From contig CAWDPO010000008.1 of assembly GCA_963804165.1 (NCBI GenBank), forward strand, positions 32,001 to 96,000: 64,000 nt of DNA. Reading direction: 5' to 3'. The translations under genes were made by a program, and so were the position numbers. This DNA is from an uncultured delta proteobacterium (GTDB taxonomy: Bacteria > Desulfobacterota > Binatia > UBA9968). This document shows positions 31,094 through 41,050 of the stretch, piece by piece. Within the stretch, counting starts at the first letter, position 1. Every line of letters begins with the position of its first letter. The notes under the pieces are model-generated. The model searched no databases, was not told the DNA's origin, and saw nothing but the letters and a program-made list of their open reading frames with translations.

Positions 31094-31593
31094 AGTGCCT
31101 CCTTTCTGTAAGCGCTTTTCATACAATACAGTCCAAAGTGGATCTGCGAGTTGTGTTTCGTTCCACTCCACTTCTTAGACGTTGCTGGCAGTTGTTTGTA
31201 ACGGGCGAAAAAACTGAAAATGCTCAGCGAGTCCAAAACACGTCACCGGCCTGGGCCGCGAGCCATTTTCGCTAAAATCCGCGGCTGCTGCGAACCGATT
31301 GAAAACTTTTCAGAAGACGCTTCTCGCTGCAGACGGCGCGTAGGCCTAATAATCAGCGCAGGGTGCTACGAGTTCTTGTGGACGTGACTGTGCGTGCTGA
31401 CTCGATCCCGCAATGGGTCGGCCGACCCGGTGATGATCACATCGAGTTCACGATGCGTGTCACTCAACAAGGAAAAGGCACGACATCACTCGTGTGTCGC
31501 GCAGGTGACGTTTCATCTGCGCATGGATGGTTACTGGGGCTAGATTCGCATGGGTTGCTTTAGTCGGATTCGGAAGCTTAGCACAGAATAATC

Positions 31594-31866
31594 TTAGTCT
31601 TCACGACGATCCCGCCGTTGTCTATCATAACGCTGCTTGATTCGGTCGCGCTCGTCCTGTGGTAAACGCTGCCAGCGATTCCATTCACCGCGCAGGTGCT
31701 CTTTGTCTTGCGGGGGCAACCTCTGCCAACGCTGATAGTTTTCCCGGACTTTGTCTTTCTCCGTCGGCGTGAGATTGCGCCAATTGTCGTTTGCCGCCAT
31801 GACTCGCTGAGAACTCGCGAGCAATAGCAAACCAAACATCAATGCTAGGAAATTTCGCCTTTTCAT
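31594..31866 (-). CDS. DUF3106-like periplasmic protein
   Basis: Signal peptide plus repeated W..LPP..K/R helices. Confidence 0.75.
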   Translation of the reverse strand: MKRRNFLALMFGLLLLASSQRVMAANDNWRNLTPTEKDKVRENYQRWQRLPPQDKEHLRGEWNRWQRLPQDERDRIKQRYDRQRRDRRED

Positions 31867-31896
31867 ATTACTGTCGATCTAACCGAGAATTAAAGC

Positions 31897-32457
31897 CTAG
31901 GCGACTGCATGTTCCAGCCGCACTCGACTCGTCTGGGTATTCGTCGAATCGGTGTCGAGGTCGTCCTGCTTCTCAAGTGTGCCGAGGGATTCGAGCAAGT
32001 CCATCGACTCGAAGAATTGCAACTGGTTTTCATCGGCCAAAATTTCTTGTGGTATTCGTTCTGATGTCCGATGCACGAACGAATTTAAGTTGCCTTTTCC
32101 GAATAACAAACCGACGACGAGAATCGCCACTGCAACCGTGCCGAACGCCGGCACCATCCAGACTTGCCTTGGCGCGAACAGCGCGCGCCACCAGTGTTTG
32201 CGCGCTTCTTGTTGGGCCAACTTAGCGACTGTTTCCCGATAGTACTCATCCCAGAAAGACGGCGGCATCTGAGCCGATTTCGCTATTTGCGGCAATAATC
32301 GCCGCAAGTCTTCGACAAAGCCTTGACAAGGGACACATTCCGCGAGGTGCTGATTCACTCGGCGCCGTTCGCTATCGCCTGTCTCGCCGTAGTAGTAAAG
32401 CACGAGATCTTCTTCGAAGTGCTTGCATGCGCTTTGGAGTGGTTTTCGATATGTCAT
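31897..32457 (-). CDS. zf-HC2 anti-sigma factor, single TM
   Basis: C...HLAECVPC zinc motif, TM helix, directly downstream of the ECF sigma gene. Confidence 0.85.
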   Translation of the reverse strand: MTYRKPLQSACKHFEEDLVLYYYGETGDSERRRVNQHLAECVPCQGFVEDLRRLLPQIAKSAQMPPSFWDEYYRETVAKLAQQEARKHWWRALFAPRQVWMVPAFGTVAVAILVVGLLFGKGNLNSFVHRTSERIPQEILADENQLQFFESMDLLESLGTLEKQDDLDTDSTNTQTSRVRLEHAVA

Positions 32458-32468
32458 GATTCTTTCCC

Positions 32469-33044
32469 CTAAACAAATTCCAGGAGGCTTTGGCGCAGCG
32501 CCGCTACGGCCCGATGTAAATAAACTCGAACTGTGCCTTCTGTCGTTTTCATGACCTTGGCAATATCCGCTATCGATAATCCCTGATGGTTTCTTAATAA
32601 GAAAGCGGTGCGCTGTTTATTCGGCATCGCTTCCAGAGTTTGATCGGCGCGCCGTTTTGCCTCGCCCGCCATCGCCGCTTGCTCGGGCGCGAATGTTGAA
32701 TCGGCTAATCGCTTCTGATCGCTCGGCTCCTCACTCATACCATCGAGAGACTCCCAGGTCACGCGATTGTGACGGCGCGCATGATCCAGGCAGAGGTTCA
32801 CCACGATACGGTAAAACCACGTGTAAAAGCTCGACCTGCCATCAAACTGTTTGATGTTAGCAAACGCCCGCAAAAACGCGTCTTGCGATAGATCCTTTGC
32901 CATCTCTGGATCCCGCGTGAAATTAAAGGCGATATGAAAAGCTTTTTGCATATACCTTCGCACAAGGATCTCGAAGTAGTGCCCCTGGCCTTGCTGGCAC
33001 ATGGACGCCAACTCTTCGTCTCCGAGTTCTTGGGGGTCAACCAT
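32469..33044 (-). CDS. ECF RNA polymerase sigma factor
   Basis: DLSQDAFLRAF, SSFYTWFYRIVVN and region 4 IADIAKVMKTTEGTVRVYLHRA. Confidence 0.92.
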   Translation of the reverse strand: MVDPQELGDEELASMCQQGQGHYFEILVRRYMQKAFHIAFNFTRDPEMAKDLSQDAFLRAFANIKQFDGRSSFYTWFYRIVVNLCLDHARRHNRVTWESLDGMSEEPSDQKRLADSTFAPEQAAMAGEAKRRADQTLEAMPNKQRTAFLLRNHQGLSIADIAKVMKTTEGTVRVYLHRAVAALRQSLLEFV

Positions 33045-33085
33045 TTGCGTTACGCGCCGCGAAGTTTCCTACCCGCTACAATCCT

Positions 33086-33114
33086 TTAGACGCCAGAATA
33101 CGCCAAAGGTTAAC
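33086..33114 (-). promoter_or_regulatory. Putative ECF autoregulatory promoter
   Basis: GTTAAC-N16-CGTCTAA upstream of the sigma gene; a similar CGTTAC-N16-CGTCTAA lies at 31175-31203 upstream of the small lipoprotein. Confidence 0.55.
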
Positions 33115-33221
33115 AGCGCCGAGCGCTTCAACTGGATTGAGATAAGCTGCTAAAACTATGGAAAAAATTCGTGTGATGGCGGCCAGCCCGATGGAGCCTG
33201 GCCGCCCAACTTGGGAGTTCG

Positions 33222-33653
33222 CTATTGCCCGGTGGCGAGGGCAATAACGTTTTCGATTATGTCAAGAATATGGTTGGTGCGCCGGTCGATGAGAATAACG
33301 TCTCTTTCAAGGACTACCCGTTCCCAATATTCGGGGAGCCGCGGCAGCCTGCGATCCAGGTCAGCCGGCAGGGGCTCGAGCCGCTTTTGTAATCCGGGCG
33401 GAAGCTGGCCGTTCTTGTCCAACTGCTTCTGTAACCCCGGAGGCAGCTTTCCGCCGCGTTTGGCCAACCCAGGCGGCAGACCTTTGGCTTTACTCTTTTT
33501 CCCCTGGCGATAGTAATCTTCTATGGCTCGGCGCTCCTCCGGAAGAAAATGAGACGGCCGATTGACGTCCAATGCCAGCGCCGAACCCCTGGTCCAGGGA
33601 ATCATGGCGACAGAAAGAGAAAACGCTAGGAATAATCGTCTTTGGTAATTCAC
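33222..33653 (-). CDS. Exported protein with LPPGL repeats (RcnB-like)
   Basis: Signal peptide, three LPPGL(A/Q)K repeats, C-terminal beta strands; GGAGG RBS before GTG 33653. Confidence 0.7.
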   Translation of the reverse strand: MNYQRRLFLAFSLSVAMIPWTRGSALALDVNRPSHFLPEERRAIEDYYRQGKKSKAKGLPPGLAKRGGKLPPGLQKQLDKNGQLPPGLQKRLEPLPADLDRRLPRLPEYWERVVLERDVILIDRRTNHILDIIENVIALATGQ

Positions 33654-33685
33654 GGTAATCCGCCTCCGGTAATTCACCTATCGAC

Positions 33686-34600
33686 CTATTTGCCGTGGCC
33701 CTTGCCATTCGCCATGCCGTTGCCATTGCCGCCACCGGCGGAAACGATTCCTCCATTCGAACCAGCGCCGCTGCCGGAACCGGTCACAATGCCGCTTCGG
33801 TTGAGGCCGTAGGCGTTGCCGTTCCCCTTGCCCGAAGCCGTAACGATCCCGTCGCCGGAGCCTTTACCACTGGAAACGCCGTGGTTCGAGCTACCGTGCG
33901 ATTTTCCGCTACCCGAAACGATGCCGCTTTCCGTTTTTTTGCCGCTCGCCGCGGTCACTCCACCCTTACTAGACGACGGATTTGTGGTGCTCGCCAAATT
34001 GTGGTTTGCGCTCTTCATTCCCGCGATCACCGGCCCGAGCTTGTATCCTAGTTTCTGAGCGATCTGTCCCCAGCCCATGTTCTGACTGCGCATGGTGAGG
34101 ATGCCTTGTAAATTGGTTGTCGTCGTCGTTGCGGTGGCGCCTGTGCCGGTCGTCTGTGTGATCGATCCACCGGTGAGGGCAGCCTGCAACTGTTCCGGTG
34201 TCGGCTGGGTGATTCCTAATGTACTCAGTTGCTGCTTTGCCAGCGCCAACGAAATATAGACGTTGCCGAAACCCATGTGACCAGTAGGCGGAGCGATCAC
34301 GGTCGTATTGGTCGTGGTCACTGGCAAACCGCCCGGTGTGCTACTCGGAGTCGTACTTGTCGACGTCAGCGTTATCGGCGTACCATTCCTGAGACCCGTG
34401 ACGACTGCGGGTGCGTCGGAGCCGAGAAATGAATTAAAATCGCTGCTGATCTTGTTGATAACATTCGTTTGCCCCTGGTTTGCCGTTGCGTTGTTCATCG
34501 TGGTCACTTGGCTGTTCAAATCCGAAGCGGTCTGGGCCAGGGCCAAAACTGGCGCTGCGACCGCCAGGCTCACGGTTAAAATCGCTGCTGAAAGCTTCAT
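33686..34600 (-). CDS. Secreted Thr/Gly/Ser-rich hypothetical protein
   Basis: Signal peptide, MGFGNVYISL and MGWGQIA motifs, low-complexity GIV(T/S)xSG repeats; GAGGAGG RBS. Confidence 0.75.
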   Translation of the reverse strand: MKLSAAILTVSLAVAAPVLALAQTASDLNSQVTTMNNATANQGQTNVINKISSDFNSFLGSDAPAVVTGLRNGTPITLTSTSTTPSSTPGGLPVTTTNTTVIAPPTGHMGFGNVYISLALAKQQLSTLGITQPTPEQLQAALTGGSITQTTGTGATATTTTTNLQGILTMRSQNMGWGQIAQKLGYKLGPVIAGMKSANHNLASTTNPSSSKGGVTAASGKKTESGIVSGSGKSHGSSNHGVSSGKGSGDGIVTASGKGNGNAYGLNRSGIVTGSGSGAGSNGGIVSAGGGNGNGMANGKGHGK

Positions 34601-34622
34601 ACTTTTCCTCCTCGGTTTCTGC

Positions 34623-35057
34623 TTAGCTGATTCCTAACGCCCTTTCAGTTTGAATGATAATCTCTGTCGCGGTCGCACGATCTTTGAAGAAAAAGCCTTG
34701 CTTTGCCACCGTGCGAATACGCGTGGTTTTATTACTGACCATCTCCAGCTCGATCTCGATATCACGGTCGTTGGACACCGCCTTGATTGCTTTGCCTTGA
34801 TCGATCTTAGAGGTCGCTTCGACTTTGATGCCCATCCGGTCGAGCGCAGTCCGCGTGGCGTTTTCGACCTGCGGCAGCGGGGCCGTAAATGTCTTATACG
34901 CAATGCCATCCAGCGTGTACGCGACCGATGTGCCTGTGGTGACTCCTGCGCCGACGCCAAGTAGAGTTAAGCCTACGCCAGCGGCGCAACCCTGGAGCGT
35001 CAAAAGAATAGCTGCGAGAGAAATAACTTGGGGGATTCGACTGTTTTTGTTTGCCAT
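34623..35057 (-). CDS. DUF3568-like lipoprotein
   Basis: LQG-C lipobox, Gly-rich helix, alpha/beta body ending DRATATEII. Confidence 0.7.
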   Translation of the reverse strand: MANKNSRIPQVISLAAILLTLQGCAAGVGLTLLGVGAGVTTGTSVAYTLDGIAYKTFTAPLPQVENATRTALDRMGIKVEATSKIDQGKAIKAVSNDRDIEIELEMVSNKTTRIRTVAKQGFFFKDRATATEIIIQTERALGIS

Positions 35058-35073
35058 ATGGCGATTGACCATA

Positions 35074-35090
35074 GGCAATTAACGAGCCAG
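35074..35090 (-). promoter_or_regulatory. Putative sigma54 promoter of the lipoprotein/secreted protein genes
   Basis: CTGGCTCGTTAATTGCC (GG-N10-GC, TTGC). Confidence 0.5.
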
Positions 35091-35238
35091 AGCGGTCGTA
35101 ACGATATCTAGGGAACGGCTTGGAATTACGTTGACTGCGAGGGCGGTTGTGAGCCTGGACGCACAGACAAAAATGTTTACGGTACCGGAAATAATTACTG
35201 GCCGAAGTTCGCCCGGTAACGATTCCTTGGGGAGGTTT

Positions 35239-35892
35239 TCAGTGGCCGCCGATGCCGGTGATTTTGATGCTGCCGTGCTTGGATTTGTATTTGCGGTTGA
35301 GGGCAATGATGACGCCGGTCAGCCCCTCTATCACGTACGCATTGCTTGCGGGCCCGGCATCGTAGGCAGCAGCACCGATGCGTTGAATAATCTCCATAAC
35401 ACGCAGCTTCGCGGTCGCATCGTCACCGCATACCAGGACATCGCCGAGCGGCGCATCGACGTCGCCTAAATCGACGGCGGAGATGTTGTGCAGCGCGCCC
35501 ACGACCGGTGCTTCGCCCTCGAGAATATGCTGCGCTTCCTGCAATGCCGACCCCGCCGGCGGAACAAACGGCTTCACCTTGTTGAGCGGCACCACAGTAT
35601 CGATAACGATCTTGCCCGCGAGCTGTCCTTTGAGGTCGGAAACCATTTGCGCGTGCCCTTCGTAAGGGACGGCAATGACGACGAAGTCGGCGCCCTTTAC
35701 CGCTTCCTGGTTGGTCTTGCCGACTAATTCACCCGCGCGTAATTTAGGCTTCAACGTCTCGACTGCGTTTTTGGCTTTCTCCGGGTCGCGCGAACCGATA
35801 ATAATTTTTACTCCCGGCGCGCCGAGGCGAAGCGCCAAGGCGCTGCCCAAATTGCCCGTACCGCCGACGATTGCCACACTGAATTGATCCAT
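35239..35892 (-). CDS. npdG: NADPH-dependent F420 reductase (F420H2:NADP+ oxidoreductase)
   Basis: GGTGNLG, IIIGSRD, DTVVPL and ALHNISA motifs; F420 operon context. Confidence 0.9.
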   Translation of the reverse strand: MDQFSVAIVGGTGNLGSALALRLGAPGVKIIIGSRDPEKAKNAVETLKPKLRAGELVGKTNQEAVKGADFVVIAVPYEGHAQMVSDLKGQLAGKIVIDTVVPLNKVKPFVPPAGSALQEAQHILEGEAPVVGALHNISAVDLGDVDAPLGDVLVCGDDATAKLRVMEIIQRIGAAAYDAGPASNAYVIEGLTGVIIALNRKYKSKHGSIKITGIGGH

Positions 35893-35906
35893 AGTTTCAC
35901 CAAGAA

Positions 35907-36659
35907 CTAGCGAAAGAGATCCTCGGCCCTCGGCCGAAGAAGCTCCTGCGCCGATCCATGCTCCTTTTTTTCCGCCTCAAAGCCGCGCACGAGTACTACG
36001 GGTACGTCGTCGCGCTTGCCCATCACTAATTCCGCCGCGGCGGCAATTTCATCCGCCACGGCGGCCACTGCTGCCTTGAGTTGGTAGCCATGGCGATCAT
36101 GCGTCCCTCGTTCATCTTTGATTGCCTTCATCCCGGCGATGCCGATCGCTACATCGACGGTGCCCAAGCGCCACGGGCGACCAAAGCTATCACTGATAAT
36201 AATAGCCGGGCTCTTGCCAGAGCGTTCGTGAATTTCGCCGAGCACTTCGCGCGCCGAGCGATCCGGATCCTCCGGCAACAGGGTAACTTGCTTCAAGCCG
36301 ATGTTCGATTGATCGACGCCCGCGTTGGCGCAAATAAACCCGTGCTGGGTTTCAACGATCAATGCTCGGCCGCCGGTGCGAATCACGCCGCGGCTCTCGC
36401 CGAGAATCACCTCGACCAGTTCCGCTTCTTTGTCGAGTTCGCGCGCCAATTCTTTAGCGCGCTCCGAGGGTTGAACGTCTTTTAAGTCAATTATGCGCCC
36501 TTCAGCCTTGGAGACGATTTTCTGCGCAATGACAAGCACATCGTTGTCGTTGATCTCAATGCCCTGACGTGAACAAGCATCAACAATTAAATAACCTAAA
36601 GAATCGCCGGGGCGAATCTCCCCGATGTTTTCAAGGCCAAGCAACTCGAGCCTCTTCAT
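35907..36659 (-). CDS. cofE: Coenzyme F420-0:L-glutamate ligase (stand-alone, no nitroreductase domain)
   Basis: QKIVSKAEGR, CANAGVDQSN, SDSFGRPWRLG and DLFR motifs. Confidence 0.93.
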   Translation of the reverse strand: MKRLELLGLENIGEIRPGDSLGYLIVDACSRQGIEINDNDVLVIAQKIVSKAEGRIIDLKDVQPSERAKELARELDKEAELVEVILGESRGVIRTGGRALIVETQHGFICANAGVDQSNIGLKQVTLLPEDPDRSAREVLGEIHERSGKSPAIIISDSFGRPWRLGTVDVAIGIAGMKAIKDERGTHDRHGYQLKAAVAAVADEIAAAAELVMGKRDDVPVVLVRGFEAEKKEHGSAQELLRPRAEDLFR

Positions 36660-37345
36660 ACGTCACCCGAGCGTGAGGATTCACTTGCGTGCTGTTCGGC
36701 CAAAAGTTTCAACGCTACTTGCGTCGCCTCGCCGTCTTTAAGCCCGTAGGAAAGAAAACGTTCGAGATCTGTTGGTTCGTCGATGTCTAGAGCGATGTGC
36801 TCGTTCTCGACATAGCGAGCCGGCAAACCTCGCGCGACCACCTGGCTTAAGTGAAAGGTAAAGCTGTCGTAGCCGAAGCGGAGCTTGATGACATCGGGCG
36901 GCGCCAACAGCAGCGCATTGGTCCCGAGCCGGTCATGCGACGGCACCAACAAAGCAAATGGTGCTGCCGCATCATCCGGCACTTGCGCTATGACGTACTC
37001 GATATCGGTCGCGCGCACCAGCGGCATGTCGCCGGGAATAATCAATACGGACTCGCGGCCGAGGCTCTTCAATTCCGTCCTGGCGAAGTCGACCGCCGTG
37101 GTTTCACCATTCTCCGCTTTCTCGCGAATCACCTCCGCGCCGGCAGCCGAGGCAATAGTCGCAACTCTGTCGTCGCCGGTGACGACAAACGTCCCGGCAA
37201 GTCCGCGCGCTAGTCTCGCTTGACGCAAAACATCGCGAAACATCACTTCAGCCAAAAGTTCGCGCGCGGCGCAACTCAAGACAGGGCTGAGCCGTTGCTT
37301 GGCGTTACGAAAACCCTTCACAGGCATCAGTGCGACGACGTTCAT
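36656..37345 (-). CDS. cofC: 2-phospho-L-lactate/PEP guanylyltransferase
   Basis: PVKGFRNAKQRL, PGDMPL, GTNALL and LDIDEPTDL motifs. Confidence 0.92.
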   Translation of the reverse strand: MNVVALMPVKGFRNAKQRLSPVLSCAARELLAEVMFRDVLRQARLARGLAGTFVVTGDDRVATIASAAGAEVIREKAENGETTAVDFARTELKSLGRESVLIIPGDMPLVRATDIEYVIAQVPDDAAAPFALLVPSHDRLGTNALLLAPPDVIKLRFGYDSFTFHLSQVVARGLPARYVENEHIALDIDEPTDLERFLSYGLKDGEATQVALKLLAEQHASESSRSGDV

Positions 37346-37371
37346 GCGCGGTCCAAAAGAGTTTGTTTAGA

Positions 37372-38298
37372 CTATTTTTTAACTAACGCCAAGACCTCGC
37401 GGGCGAGGCGTCTCTTATCGGCGAGAGTCGTCATGCGGATGTTCGTACAGACAGTTTTAATATTCGCCGCCGCAATGAGCTCAGCCAGGTTCCTATCTTC
37501 TTCCGCGATCAGAAATGCGTCGAGGAAATCGCTGTACCACTGCGCCACGCCGAGCGCGGACGCTTCCCGGCCGCTGGCTTTCATTAATTTATGCGCCGGA
37601 CCCGAGAACGCCGTTGTGCCGATCAATGGGCTGACGCCAACGACCGCTGCGGCGGTTTCCGTCAATGCCGAGCGAATTCCCGGCACGGCAAGAATTGGCC
37701 CGATGCTCGTGATCGGATTGCTCGGACAGATGATGATTGCTTCGGCGCGGAGAATCACCTCAAGCACACCTGGTGTAGGATGGCTGCTCTCGACGCCATT
37801 AAATCGAATTTCTGTCACCTCACGCGACCATCGCTCTTTGACAAAAAATTCCTGAAAGGAAATTTCTCCATGCGGCGTGTCGACGCGGGTTTCAACCCGC
37901 TCGTCGGACATCGGCAAAATGATCGATTTGATCCCAAGGGCTCTGCGTATTCTGTCGGTTGCCTGCGACAGCGTCAAACCTTCATGCATGTATCGCGTGC
38001 GCGTGATATGCGTCGCCAGATCTCGATCGCCAAGCTTGAACCACGTATCGGCGCCCAAGCGGTGTAGCTGATCTAACGTGTTGAACGTGTCATCTTTGAT
38101 GCCCCAGCCTTTGGCCGTATCAATCAAACCCGTCAACGTATACGTGATGGTATCGACATCAGGCGAGACGTAGAGGCCATGGAAGATCGCGTCGTCGCCC
38201 GTGTTCCCGATGATTGTCAGGTCGGCAGGATCGATTTCGGCAGCGAGCCCCTCGATTAGTTTAGCGCCGCCGGTGCCGCCGGTGAGAGCGGCGATCAT
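37372..38298 (-). CDS. cofD: 2-phospho-L-lactate transferase
   Basis: GGTGGAK, NTGDD, SPDVDT, WFKLGDRD and PSNPITSI motifs. Confidence 0.93.
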   Translation of the reverse strand: MIAALTGGTGGAKLIEGLAAEIDPADLTIIGNTGDDAIFHGLYVSPDVDTITYTLTGLIDTAKGWGIKDDTFNTLDQLHRLGADTWFKLGDRDLATHITRTRYMHEGLTLSQATDRIRRALGIKSIILPMSDERVETRVDTPHGEISFQEFFVKERWSREVTEIRFNGVESSHPTPGVLEVILRAEAIIICPSNPITSIGPILAVPGIRSALTETAAAVVGVSPLIGTTAFSGPAHKLMKASGREASALGVAQWYSDFLDAFLIAEEDRNLAELIAAANIKTVCTNIRMTTLADKRRLAREVLALVKK

Positions 38299-39515
38299 CC
38301 AGAGGGCCCTGGGGTCGATGGAGTCTTGGAGTGATGGGAGAATGTCGTCAGCGGCCCGTTGTTTCTCGCCAAGCCGTCCGGACCGGAGAGCTGCTCAACA
38401 TATGGAATCAGCGATGGCGCGAGAAATTTCTCAGCACGCCGAATAAATTCCGGATAGATCGGCAGACGCGCCTTGAGCTCGAAGCCGGCTTGCGCGCTCT
38501 TTTCCTGCAACAATCGTAGCGCCGGCCAAGGCGCTTCGGGATTGATGAAATCGGGAGTCAGCGGTGACACGCCGCCCCAGTCGTTGATGCCCGCGTCCAA
38601 GTAAAGCTCGTAACCGTCCGGCGTTAAATTGGGCGGCGCTTGGATGTTCATTTCTCCGCCGAGTATGAGACGGGCGAGAGCAATGGTTTTCATCATATCG
38701 TCGCGGCTGGCATCGGGATGAGCGTGCATTGGGATCGTCGACTTGGCGCGGAAATTTTGCACGATGACTTCTTGAATGTGGGCGTAGTGACCGTGCAAAT
38801 CGCGAATCGCCAGTAGCGAATCGATCCGCTCCTGCCAATTTTCGCCGATGCCGATGAGGATTCCCGTCGTGAATGGGATAGCGAGCTTGCCCGCTTCTTC
38901 GAGCGTTTTCAGCCGCACGGCGGGCGTTTTATCCGGCGCATTATCGTGCGCGGCGCCTGGCCGCAGCAATCGCTCGCTGACGCTTTCGAGCATAAGCCCC
39001 ATGCTCACGTTTACTTGTTTAAGCTTTTGCAGATCGCCTTTGCCCATCACGCCTGGATTAGAATGCGGTAGGAGCTCGGTTTCCTCCAAGACGATTCGAC
39101 AAGCATCGCGCAGATAATCGAGCGTGCGCTGATGACCGCGCTCGGCTAAGAATTGCTTCATCTCCGGATAGATCGCTTCCGGCTTATCGCCGAGACTGAA
39201 CAGTACTTCGGTGCAGCCGAGAAGCTTGCCCTGGCGCACCACTCGAAGCACGTCGTCCAACGTCATCGTCTTCGCGCCAGGCTCATCCGGCGCTTTGCGA
39301 AACGTGCAGTAGCCGCAGAAGTCGCGGCACAGATTGGTCAGAGGTACGAAGACTTTTGGCGAGAACGTGACGACTCGCCCTTTGTGATGATCTCGCACAC
39401 GTGCCGCCGTGGTGATCAAAGCTTGCAGCTCGTCGCCACTCAAAGCGGCGAGCCGGTGCGCTTCCGTGCGATTCGGCAATTTGCCTTGCAGGCAGTCTTT
39501 CAAGATTTGCAGCAT
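38295..39515 (-). CDS. cofG: FO synthase subunit CofG (radical SAM)
   Basis: TFSPKVFVPLTNLCRDFCGYC, PHSNPG, QAPPNL and GINDWGGVSP motifs. Confidence 0.93.
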   Translation of the reverse strand: MLQILKDCLQGKLPNRTEAHRLAALSGDELQALITTAARVRDHHKGRVVTFSPKVFVPLTNLCRDFCGYCTFRKAPDEPGAKTMTLDDVLRVVRQGKLLGCTEVLFSLGDKPEAIYPEMKQFLAERGHQRTLDYLRDACRIVLEETELLPHSNPGVMGKGDLQKLKQVNVSMGLMLESVSERLLRPGAAHDNAPDKTPAVRLKTLEEAGKLAIPFTTGILIGIGENWQERIDSLLAIRDLHGHYAHIQEVIVQNFRAKSTIPMHAHPDASRDDMMKTIALARLILGGEMNIQAPPNLTPDGYELYLDAGINDWGGVSPLTPDFINPEAPWPALRLLQEKSAQAGFELKARLPIYPEFIRRAEKFLAPSLIPYVEQLSGPDGLARNNGPLTTFSHHSKTPSTPGPSG

Positions 39516-39599
39516 CTGCTTGCTTGCATATCGAATCGGTCGGCCAGTTTCAAATCACGACTGCTGCGGATCGCCAAGGGCGCCTCTTAAGATTTCCAG

Positions 39600-40946
39600 T
39601 GTCGTAGCAACGTCAATATGTCATGTTAACAGCAACGTAAAAATGTCAGGGTGACACCTCAGGTTGAATGGCCAGCATAGAAAGCGGACCATAGCGGAAC
39701 CCCTCCTTTTTGCCGTTCGTTCGATATAGGCCAATTGTGTGCGTTGTTTTTGAATCGAAGGTTGCGATTTTCTCGGTCTTGTAGAAAAACTCCACCGCGC
39801 CATCGAAAGCACGATGCACATCGATTCTCTTGTTGGCATGAGAGCGAAAGGGCGATGTCTTAGGGATCTGCAAGACCGTCCCTTCGAAAGTCACCGTGTT
39901 GTCCTTAGCCACCGTACGCTGTTGTTTGAAACACAAAGCCCGTTCGATCTGAAGAGCACTGACTTTTCTCCAGGCCGGCTGTGCTTTAGCGGGCTTAGCA
40001 AATTACGGTTATGCACGGGGAGATAACGATCCAGGACGACGGTTGCCTGTTCCATGGTCTTGGCCTTGGCCAGCCGCAGCTCACTGACCAGCCGGTCCTG
40101 GAAAGTGTTCCACAGTCTCTCGATTCTGCCCTTGGCCTGAGGGGAATGGGCTAGGATCAAGGTCACCCCGAGCTCTTCTAAGCCTCGGCCGACTTCGGTG
40201 GTGGGTTTTCTGTTGATCAACTGCTCCTCTAACGTCGGTTCCCGGTCGGTCCAGAATACCGAGTGACAGTCGGTATAGATCGACTGGGACACTCCATGCT
40301 GCTTGAAGATCTCGGAGAACAGATGGAAGTAACCCCAGGAGCTCTCGGCCTGGGCAAAAAAAGCTCCCATCACTTTGCTCGTGGCATCGTCGATGGCGCC
40401 GATCAGACACAGACGCGGCCCTCGGCCTTGGAGCCAGTCATGCGGGGAGCCATCGACCTGGAGCATCATCCCTTCACTGGCCCGTCTTTCTCGGCGGCTT
40501 CGGTGCTTGATCCCGCGGCGCTTCTTGGGTGAGGCGATCCCGTGGGCACGAAGGATACGGCGCACTTTCTCACGGCTGAGCTCGATCTGTTCTTGTTCTT
40601 TGAGCTTCTCGGTCAGATGATGATCGTTGAAGTCTTTGTATTTACCTCGGGCTAATTCCACGACCGTTTGACCGTCTTCTCCTTGATCTTGCGTTTACAC
40701 CGCCGTCCGCGGTTGCCGTGAACCACTCCCTTGGCTCCGGCCTTACCGACCCGTGCTTTGATCCGGTAACACTGCCGTTCGCTTACTCCCATCACCAGTG
40801 CGGCTTGCACCACGGTCAGCTCGCTTCGATACACTCGTTGTATTACGTCTAGTCGCTTCTCGTCTTGCATTGTCAGGGTTGTCATCCTCCCACCCTGACA
40901 TAATTACGTTGCCGTTAGCCCCTGACATAATCACTTTGCTACTACA
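39600..40946 (-). mobile_element. IS1202-family (ex-ISNCY) insertion sequence, 1347 bp, with a 16-bp target-site duplication
   Basis: Ends TGTcGTAGCAA / TTGCTACtACA; internal repeated TGACAT-type sites; ctcttaagatttccag at 39584-39599 and 40947-40962. Confidence 0.88.
39646..40885 (-). CDS. DDE (rve-type) transposase, frameshifted
   Basis: N-terminal HTH...HGNRGR, QVDGSPHDW, IDDAT, YTD and SPQAKGRIERLWNTFQDRL across three ORF pieces. Confidence 0.9.
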
Positions 40947-41050
40947 CTCTTAAGATTTCCAGTTGCCCGAAAGACTTTCGCTATGGTAGGTCTTGAGCGA
41001 CTATCGATAAGATGTCGCCGCTAGCAGACAACGACCCGGAGGATAGTGTG

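Noticed and set aside
38307-38340. Octamer-like repeat (gatggagt/cttggagt) in the cofG 3' end
   Set aside because: Short degenerate repeat captured in a non-conserved tail; no evidence of function
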